DNA from: an uncultured virus (IMG/VR IMGVR_UViG_3300015608_000414)
Taxonomy: Duplodnaviria; Heunggongvirae; Uroviricota; Caudoviricetes
Direction: 5' to 3' (one strand)
Virus record (IMG/VR): IMGVR_UViG_3300015608_000414
Span: 1-64,000 of that record
DNA: 64,000 nucleotides
The stretch's first letter is position 1, and each line of letters starts with the position of its first letter. The notes below the pieces were generated by a model. The model was not told where the DNA came from, ran no database searches, and saw nothing but the letters and a program-made list of their open reading frames with translations. Below are positions 57,127 through 64,000 of the stretch, piece after piece. Position numbers and translations under genes: made by a program.

Positions 57127-57981
57127 ATGTTTTCTAAAGATTATAAAATAGGAATATACAAAATTACTAATTTAGTAAATGGTAAAATTTATATAGGGTC
57201 ATCTATTAATATTACAAATAGATTTAAAAGTCATTTAAAATTATTAAAATCTAAAATACATCACTCTAATCATTTACAGAATGCATTTAATGAGTATGGA
57301 ATTGATAATTTTAAATTTGAAAGAATTGAGAATGTAAAAGACAAAAATAAATTATTAGAAAGAGAGCAGTATTATCTAGATACACTGCTTTATGCTCAGG
57401 AATATATTAAAGATAAAGATTCTAGATTTTTAGAATTAGGTTATAATATTAATCCAATTGCAGGTTCTCATTTAGGTTCTAAGAGGTCTGAAGAAACTAA
57501 AAAGAAAATGAGTCAATGGGTTAGAACTACTGAAATGAAACAGAATATATCTAATGCTAGAAAAGGTATTAAGTTAAGTGATGAAACAAAAGAAAAATTA
57601 AGAATTATAAATACTGGTCGAAAAATTTCAAAATCTACTAAAAAAAAGATGTCAATTTCACATACAGGTAAAGTTTTATCAAATATAACAAAAAAAAGAA
57701 TGTGTAAACCTAAAACAAGTGAACATTCTAATAATATTAGTTTAAGTAGAATAGGTATTAAATTTAACAATACTCATATAGAGAATATTAAAAAATCACA
57801 CCAAATACCTATATTAAAATATAGTTTAGAAAATATTTTATTAGAAGAATTTAATACTAGTTTAGAAGCAGCATATAGTGTAAATAAAAAATCAAATAAA
57901 TGGATTATTGATACTTGTAAAGGTAGAAGAGAATCAGCATTTGGTTTTATTTGGAAATATAAAAACAAAGAAGCATGTTAA
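57127..57981 (+). CDS. GIY-YIG homing endonuclease with NUMOD3 repeats
   Basis: GIYKITNLVNGKIYIGSS; repeated SEETKKKMS-type units; SAFGFIWKY. Confidence 0.9.
   Translation: MFSKDYKIGIYKITNLVNGKIYIGSSINITNRFKSHLKLLKSKIHHSNHLQNAFNEYGIDNFKFERIENVKDKNKLLEREQYYLDTLLYAQEYIKDKDSRFLELGYNINPIAGSHLGSKRSEETKKKMSQWVRTTEMKQNISNARKGIKLSDETKEKLRIINTGRKISKSTKKKMSISHTGKVLSNITKKRMCKPKTSEHSNNISLSRIGIKFNNTHIENIKKSHQIPILKYSLENILLEEFNTSLEAAYSVNKKSNKWIIDTCKGRRESAFGFIWKYKNKEAC
57271..57457 (+). repeat. 187-bp direct repeat, copy 2
   Basis: Near-identical to 53090-53276. Confidence 0.9.
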
Positions 57982-59075
57982 AGTACCCTGAAGTAAAAAG
58001 AGCTTGGATTGTAGGTGACATTCATCTTGGGATTAGAGCGGCAAGTATGGACTGGTTTGATATAAGTAAGATTTATTTCGAACAGTATTTATTACCTTTA
58101 ATAGAAAAGAATTATAAAGAAGGTGATGTTCTTATACAACTTGGAGATTTATTTGAAAACAGACAAACTATTAATTTAAAATTTAATAGTTATGCTATCG
58201 AGATTTTTCAAAGAATTGGTAAAATTTTACCAGTATTTATTATATGTGGTAACCACGATATCTACTACAAGAAAACTAATGAAGTTACTTCCCTAGATAG
58301 TATTAAATATATCCCAAACATATATTTATTTAAACAACCAGAAATGATTAAGTTTGGAAAAACTGATTGTTTAATGATGCCATGGCGAGCAGATTATAAA
58401 GAAGAAGGCGAAACATTAGACCAATTCCCAAATGCAGAATTTGTATTCTGTCATTCTGAAATGCAAGGTGTAATGTTGAATAGAAAATCTGTACAGCATG
58501 AGGGTACTAAAGTAAGTAAGTTTAAGAACTATAGAAGAGTTTACTCAGGTCATATACATTACTCCCAGACAGTTAAAAATGTAGTGATGGTAGGTAATGC
58601 TTATCAGATGACTCGTTCAGACCATAATAACCCTAAAGGTACTTATTTATTAGACTTTAAAACTGGAGAACATACTTTCTACGAAAATAAAGTAACACCT
58701 GAATTCGTGAAATTAAATGTAATGAGTTTATTGGAATTACCGTTAGAACAATTCAAAGATAAAATTAGAAATAACTTTGTCGACTTATACATACCGTCAG
58801 ATATTATGATTAAGTATAATATGTCGCACCTAATCAATCTTGTTCAAGATGTTGCGCGTAAAATTGAACCTAATATTTATGACGAGAAAACATTTATAGA
58901 TATTGACACTGTAACCGAAGAGATACAAAACGGATATAAGAATTTTGATGTATTGAATTTATGTAGCAAATGGGTAGATAATAGCCCGCATGATTCGGAT
59001 ATTAAAAATAAAATGAAAGAAAGATTAAAGCAGTTGTATACAATATCAACTTCTCATTATAACCCAGATTTATAA
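57975..59075 (+). CDS. Mre11/SbcD-like nuclease (T4 gp47-like)
   Basis: GDIHLG, LGDLF, GNHD, MPW, FCH, SGHIH. Confidence 0.92.
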   Translation: MLKYPEVKRAWIVGDIHLGIRAASMDWFDISKIYFEQYLLPLIEKNYKEGDVLIQLGDLFENRQTINLKFNSYAIEIFQRIGKILPVFIICGNHDIYYKKTNEVTSLDSIKYIPNIYLFKQPEMIKFGKTDCLMMPWRADYKEEGETLDQFPNAEFVFCHSEMQGVMLNRKSVQHEGTKVSKFKNYRRVYSGHIHYSQTVKNVVMVGNAYQMTRSDHNNPKGTYLLDFKTGEHTFYENKVTPEFVKLNVMSLLELPLEQFKDKIRNNFVDLYIPSDIMIKYNMSHLINLVQDVARKIEPNIYDEKTFIDIDTVTEEIQNGYKNFDVLNLCSKWVDNSPHDSDIKNKMKERLKQLYTISTSHYNPDL

Positions 59076-59078
59076 GAT

Positions 59079-60755
59079 ATGCAAATTATTTCAATAGAAT
59101 TCAGAAATTTCGCTAGTTATGGTAATGCTTTACAAAGACTAGATTTTGAAGAAAAGAATAGCCACCTTTATTTAGTACTTGGTGGAAATGGATTTGGTAA
59201 ATCAACAATTGCTAATGTAATTATATTTGGATTATATGGACAAGTTGAAAATATTAATTTACCAGATTTACCTAATCGTATAAATAAAAATTTATGGGTT
59301 AGAATTAAATTAAGATGTGGTGACAGAACAGTAGTAATTGAAAGAGGTATCGCACCTAAATTATTCAGAGCTGAAGTTAATGGCGTATCATTAGACCAAG
59401 CTGGTAAAACAAATGTACAAGAATATTTAGAGACTGAAGTCTTCGAAATGCCATATAATGTATTTAAAAACGTAATCATATTGTCGATTAACGATTTTAA
59501 ATCATTCTTAACAATGACTCCTAAAGATAAACGTTCAATTATTGATAAGCTTTTTGGTTTCTCAGTAATTAACGACATGTTAGAAAGAGTTAAAAATGAA
59601 AGAAAGGTTCTTAAAGAAGATTTAACTAAAATTCAAGGTGAATTAGATACAATTAAAAATTCAATTGATGTAACAGTTGCTAAATTAAATGAACTCGAAG
59701 AAACTTCTAACGTTGAAAACAAAAAGAAGATTAAAGAGTTAAAAGAGTCTTTAGTAAAATTAAATGAGGACCATGTTAAATTAACTGAAGCGAAAGAAAA
59801 GTTATTAAATGAATATAACGAGTATGACGCAGCAATTAATAAATTAACAACTAAATATAATAACAAGAATATAGCTCTTGTAAATGCTAAAAAGAAATTA
59901 AAGCTTTATGAGAATGATACTTGCCCTGAATGTTGCAAAAAGCTTGATACAGATTTTGATAAAGCTAGAAAAGAAGAGTATACAAATACAGTAACTAATG
60001 TTCCTTTAGAATTAGAAGCAATTAATTCTCAAGTTGCAGATATTAAAAAGAAATCTGTCGCAAATAGAGATAAACAGAATGCTGTAATTAGTAGAATATC
60101 TTCATTATCTACTACAATGCAAAGTATAAAGGGTGAACTAGTTAAAATATCAAATTCTACTAAAAATGGTGCAGGTGAGTTTACTCACTTAAAACAATTA
60201 GTTGACGATTTTAAAAATAAGCAAGTAACTAGTGCTCAACAACATTCTGATATGAACGGTAATGACCATTTCTTATCTCTTCTTGAAGAAATGTTAGGAG
60301 ATGATGGTGTTAAGAATATGGCAGTTAAGACAATTTTACCAGGTCTTAATGCTACTATTGCTCAGATGGTTTCTGAAATGCATTTAAGTTTCCATATCAG
60401 ATTTGATGATAAATTTAATTGTATTGTTAATCATTTAGGTGAAGATATTAATCCTAGTACTTTAAGTACAGGTGAGAGAAAGAAAGCCGATTTCATTGTT
60501 GTTATAGCATTAATTAAATTATTAAAGCTTAGATTTCCTCAATTAAATATATTATTCTTAGATGAAATATTCTCTTCAGTAGACCATGATGGAGTATACG
60601 GTATTTTAAAAATATTAAGTTCTGTTATTAAAGAACATAAATTAAATACATTCGTTATTAACCACACTGTATTACCACAGGAAATATTTGATAAAAAGAT
60701 TGAAATTTATAAAGATAACGGTTTCAGTAAATTTACAATCGACAATATAAAATAA
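59079..60755 (+). CDS. Rad50/SbcC-like ATPase (T4 gp46-like)
   Basis: NFASYGN, GGNGFGKST, CPEC zinc hook within coiled coils, LSTGE, LFLDEIFSSVD, INH. Confidence 0.92.
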   Translation: MQIISIEFRNFASYGNALQRLDFEEKNSHLYLVLGGNGFGKSTIANVIIFGLYGQVENINLPDLPNRINKNLWVRIKLRCGDRTVVIERGIAPKLFRAEVNGVSLDQAGKTNVQEYLETEVFEMPYNVFKNVIILSINDFKSFLTMTPKDKRSIIDKLFGFSVINDMLERVKNERKVLKEDLTKIQGELDTIKNSIDVTVAKLNELEETSNVENKKKIKELKESLVKLNEDHVKLTEAKEKLLNEYNEYDAAINKLTTKYNNKNIALVNAKKKLKLYENDTCPECCKKLDTDFDKARKEEYTNTVTNVPLELEAINSQVADIKKKSVANRDKQNAVISRISSLSTTMQSIKGELVKISNSTKNGAGEFTHLKQLVDDFKNKQVTSAQQHSDMNGNDHFLSLLEEMLGDDGVKNMAVKTILPGLNATIAQMVSEMHLSFHIRFDDKFNCIVNHLGEDINPSTLSTGERKKADFIVVIALIKLLKLRFPQLNILFLDEIFSSVDHDGVYGILKILSSVIKEHKLNTFVINHTVLPQEIFDKKIEIYKDNGFSKFTIDNIK

Positions 60756-60784
60756 GAGATATATATTAAAAATAAGCATATCTC

Positions 60785-61567
60785 GTGGCATCATATAATT
60801 TAAAATTTAATAAAGACGATTCAGTTATCAGGCATATATTAATAGGCTTGATTGCTGATTTAGATAAAAAATTAAATTATTGGAATACAGTTGACGGTGA
60901 AGATATTAAAGTAGATATCCCTTTCTACTTATCACTTACTGGAGATGAAAGTTTCTTATACGACCATTTCTTATTTGATGATGCAAAGGACCCTGAAAGA
61001 AAAAAAGCTATAGGTAACTACGAAGTTAAACCTAGAGGAGTTGCATCTTTAGAAAGCATGGCTATTGATTCAAGTGCATTACTTAATAAATACGTCAGAG
61101 GTACTTATAGCAAACTAGATGAAGGTAAAGATACCATGAAATCATATACTGCTGAGTTTCAAATGATTCCGTTAGTATTTACTGTTAATGTTAAAATAAT
61201 GGTTGATACTCAAATTGAAATTTTTAAAGTAACTGAGAAGATTATCAAAGCACTTTATAAGAATAATCAATATCGAGTAGATGTTGGTACATTACAAGAA
61301 GGTACATATCCAATTCCTTGTGGTTATAAATTACCAGAAGATTATGAAATGGAAAGACCTATTGAATTTGGATTTGATGATAAGAAAAATAGAACAATTA
61401 CTTTCACTATAGAATTAAAAGCCAGAATGCCAGTATTTGAGCCAAAAACAGAATTATTTAACGGTAATAGAATGTTCAGTTTTGATGCAAGTATACAGAC
61501 TACTGACAACATTGATAATCCAAGTATTGGAGGACCTGATTCTATGTTCGGGAAGACCAATAATTAA
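60785..61567 (+). CDS. Tail terminator/sheath stabiliser (T4 gp15-like)
   Basis: IRHILIG, I.VDIPF, PRG, IPLVFTVNV, TITFTIELK; late promoter at 60758; GTG start. Confidence 0.5.
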   Translation: MASYNLKFNKDDSVIRHILIGLIADLDKKLNYWNTVDGEDIKVDIPFYLSLTGDESFLYDHFLFDDAKDPERKKAIGNYEVKPRGVASLESMAIDSSALLNKYVRGTYSKLDEGKDTMKSYTAEFQMIPLVFTVNVKIMVDTQIEIFKVTEKIIKALYKNNQYRVDVGTLQEGTYPIPCGYKLPEDYEMERPIEFGFDDKKNRTITFTIELKARMPVFEPKTELFNGNRMFSFDASIQTTDNIDNPSIGGPDSMFGKTNN

Positions 61568-61595
61568 TGATATATAAAAAAAATACGATACAGAA

Positions 61596-63698
61596 ATGTC
61601 TTATAATATAACGCCTAGACAGTGTGATGTACTTACAGAAATTAAGTCTGCCAGCATTAAATTAACTAATGAAGGTAAAATGACTGATGAAAGAAGTAAA
61701 TTACTAGAACAATTAGTACTGCATTTAAGTGACCCTAGAAATGAATGGGGTAAAAATAACTTAAGAGACCTTATCGTTTTATTCCACGATTCTGGTCGTT
61801 CACCTGAACAGATATATAATATTCTATACACAATGGGTGTAGAAAAAGAAACAGCATGGGATGGAATCATGCAATATTTACCAAGAACACAACCTCAAAA
61901 TAATCAATATACAATGAAAGTAAAGGAGCAACTTAATATCTCCGGTAAAGTTCAATCACTTATAGAATCAATGAACTCACTTAATACTGGCGACAGCTTA
62001 AACTACACTGTTAAAACTATCGTAAGTATATGCGAGTCATTCTTAAAGAATGATTTAAGTGGCTTATCTGCATATGACCATAGTTCTTACGCTAAGAGTT
62101 TAATATCTCAATTAAACCAGTACAGCCATATTAAACAAGTGTCTGAAGCTATTAAATCTATTGAAGACGTATTAGCTGAAAATGCAATGAGTTTAGAATT
62201 AGATAACTTATATTCTAAATTAAGCTCTAAGAATTCTAATAATACTTATACAACTGTTATCGGTAAATTAGATACATTCAAAACAATGAATGAATCAGAA
62301 ATCAGAGAGAAATCTAAATCAGAATTAGTATCATTTAATTATATTCCAGAAGTTAGATTATTCTTAGAAAACGTAGATTTAACAAATGGTGTAGTAGCTG
62401 AAGATACAAATAAATCAGCAGTTTCTAAATATGACCTTAAGGGTAGATTAAGAACATTACACGAAAATATCAACAAATACGAAGCTCCAAATTCACACTT
62501 TACTGTTAATACAATTAAAACTATTTGTGAGAAATATATTAACCAATTATATAAAGGTAATATTTCAGTATCTGAATCTTATGTTACTGCATTAGTAATT
62601 AAAGAATTAGAATCATTTATGTGGTTAGATTCAGTAAAAGAATCTGTAACAGATGCTGTTAAATATATTAACGAAAATATGATGAGTTTCGAAGTTAACG
62701 AAACTTTACGTAGACTTAGAAATATGAATGGTAATAATTTCTATGCTACAGCAGTAACTAAATTAGAAGAATTTTCTAATTTATCTGAATCTGAAATCCG
62801 TGAACGTATTAAATATGATATGAATGCATTTACTTGGATTCCAGAAGTTAAACGTTTAGTTGAAACTGTTAATCATTTAGAGCATTCATTATCTAGTAAT
62901 ACAGAAGCTGTTGTAGAAAATGTATATTCACCAATCATGCAAATTGATGGAAAAAATGCATTCTATTTAAACAAGAAAGTATATTCAATTGATGAGAATA
63001 ACCAAATCACTCCAGTTGATTACAATAAATTAACAGCATTATATTTAACATTAATAGCTGTAACTGAGAACTTTAAATTTAATGGCGATGTAGCAACTTA
63101 TTTTAAAGGCAACAATTCAATTAAGTTCCAATTAACTGAAAATGGCACATCTGTTAAGTTTAATGATACAGAAGTTGAAATTAAAGAGTCAGCTGACCTT
63201 AGAAATTTCTTATTATCAAATGGTAGTTTCGGTGTAAATGACATGGCAGAATTAGACATGGTTGCAAAAGCTTTTGAAAACTTAAGCTCTTTCACTCAGT
63301 TAGATTTCGTACAAAGTATTCACTCTAGAATGCATAAAGGTGTAATAGTTAACGTAATTAAGTTAGATGAAAATGTTTATATTAACAGAGTTAATCCTTA
63401 TATGAATACTAACGAATTCATCAAAGCTTCTACAGCTGCAGATGCAATTGGATTAGTAAAAGAATACGTAAATTACGATATTAAAACAAGTTTAGTTGAT
63501 TTATTAGAAGGCGAAGCGAAACAGGCTGCAATAATTGAAGCTAAAAAAGAAGATTTATTCGATAAGATTACATTCTTAAAAGAACAGCGTTCAATTTTAG
63601 CAAAACAACCTAAAAACAATTTAATTCAAGAAGCAGATAATTTATTAGCTTCTGAAATTGAGAAGTTCGAAAAAGAGTTAAATGAATTAACAAAATAA
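61596..63698 (+). CDS. Large helical protein with internal tandem duplication (possible head core/scaffold)
   Basis: Two long repeats ending ESEIRE..F..IPEV; many (L/I)xE sites; late promoter at 61569. Confidence 0.5.
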   Translation: MSYNITPRQCDVLTEIKSASIKLTNEGKMTDERSKLLEQLVLHLSDPRNEWGKNNLRDLIVLFHDSGRSPEQIYNILYTMGVEKETAWDGIMQYLPRTQPQNNQYTMKVKEQLNISGKVQSLIESMNSLNTGDSLNYTVKTIVSICESFLKNDLSGLSAYDHSSYAKSLISQLNQYSHIKQVSEAIKSIEDVLAENAMSLELDNLYSKLSSKNSNNTYTTVIGKLDTFKTMNESEIREKSKSELVSFNYIPEVRLFLENVDLTNGVVAEDTNKSAVSKYDLKGRLRTLHENINKYEAPNSHFTVNTIKTICEKYINQLYKGNISVSESYVTALVIKELESFMWLDSVKESVTDAVKYINENMMSFEVNETLRRLRNMNGNNFYATAVTKLEEFSNLSESEIRERIKYDMNAFTWIPEVKRLVETVNHLEHSLSSNTEAVVENVYSPIMQIDGKNAFYLNKKVYSIDENNQITPVDYNKLTALYLTLIAVTENFKFNGDVATYFKGNNSIKFQLTENGTSVKFNDTEVEIKESADLRNFLLSNGSFGVNDMAELDMVAKAFENLSSFTQLDFVQSIHSRMHKGVIVNVIKLDENVYINRVNPYMNTNEFIKASTAADAIGLVKEYVNYDIKTSLVDLLEGEAKQAAIIEAKKEDLFDKITFLKEQRSILAKQPKNNLIQEADNLLASEIEKFEKELNELTK

Positions 63699-63716
63699 TT
63701 AAAAAGGTTATATTTA

Positions 63717-63744
63717 GAATGCGAACTAGAAATAGTTCGCATTC
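63717..63744. other. Perfect hairpin with GAAA tetraloop
   Basis: GAATGCGAACTA-GAAA-TAGTTCGCATTC; followed by GGGGG rather than a T run. Confidence 0.75.
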
Positions 63745-63829
63745 GGGGGCTATAGATATCTAACCTATTGATTATAAGTAACTTAAACAAAAGAATGTAT
63801 TTCGATATAAGCTTAAATATTAATTAATT

Positions 63830-64000
63830 ATGGCTAAGAGAAAAAAGCAATATTTAAACAACGCTGATTTATTAGAGCAGATAAGATTATCTAAACAGCA
63901 GGACTCTCTGACTAGAGAAGCCGAAAAGATGTTAGTATTATTAGCTACAAATGCTATCAAGAAACTGCCGTATGTACATACTGCTGACAGAGACGATTGC
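63830..64000 (+). CDS. Late-transcription sigma factor (T4 gp55-like), 3' truncated by window edge
   Basis: Not in the ORF track; translates MAKRKKQYLNNADLLEQIRLSK..LT..AEKMLVLLATNAIKKLPY..DRDDC, matching the gp55-family N-terminus (Y.NN.xL). Confidence 0.7.
   Translation, partial: MAKRKKQYLNNADLLEQIRLSKQQDSLTREAEKMLVLLATNAIKKLPYVHTADRDDC

Noticed and set aside
4011..57981. Group I introns hosting the endonucleases
   Set aside because: Flanking genes are complete with their own starts and stops, and the spacers are too short for intron cores
3359..63295. All minus-strand ORFs in the track
   Set aside because: Short, antisense to well-supported plus-strand genes, with low-complexity I/L/S/F composition typical of shadow ORFs
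1..64000. CRISPR array, tRNA/rRNA genes, DGR, stop-codon reassignment
   Set aside because: No repeat-spacer periodicity, cloverleaf or reverse transcriptase seen; TAG and TGA end complete genes (nrdJ, polymerase C-subunit) and ORFs are not fragmented

Overview
A 64-kb segment of a large, AT-rich T4-like (myovirus/jumbo) phage genome. All credible genes are on the + strand, densely packed, in the standard genetic code. The host is probably Bacteroidota: the window has a Bacteroidota-type bS1 and Hc1, and A-rich start regions without Shine-Dalgarno sequences. About 0.4-33 kb is a tail/baseplate/neck/fibre module (gp5-like spike, gp13, gp25, gp6, gp7-like, fibres), with ribosomal protein S1 and an amidoligase embedded in it. 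About 33-34 kb and 40.5-44.7 kb hold proteins with T4-like capsid-targeting N-termini, including an RNA-ligase-like enzyme paired with a pseudo-ligase/nucleotidyltransferase fusion, the most novel-looking module. About 35-61 kb is replication and recombination (RuvC-like, gp32, primase, UvsY/W/X, dUTPase, split family-B polymerase, class II RNR, clamp, gp41, gp33-like, gp47/46). The window ends with gp15-like, a repeat protein and the start of a gp55-like late sigma factor. Nine free-standing endonuclease genes are interspersed. Two promoter motifs (GATATATA; TGAAAC-N15/16-CATATAA) and strong GATC avoidance are visible. All protein calls come from motif recognition by eye, with no database searches.
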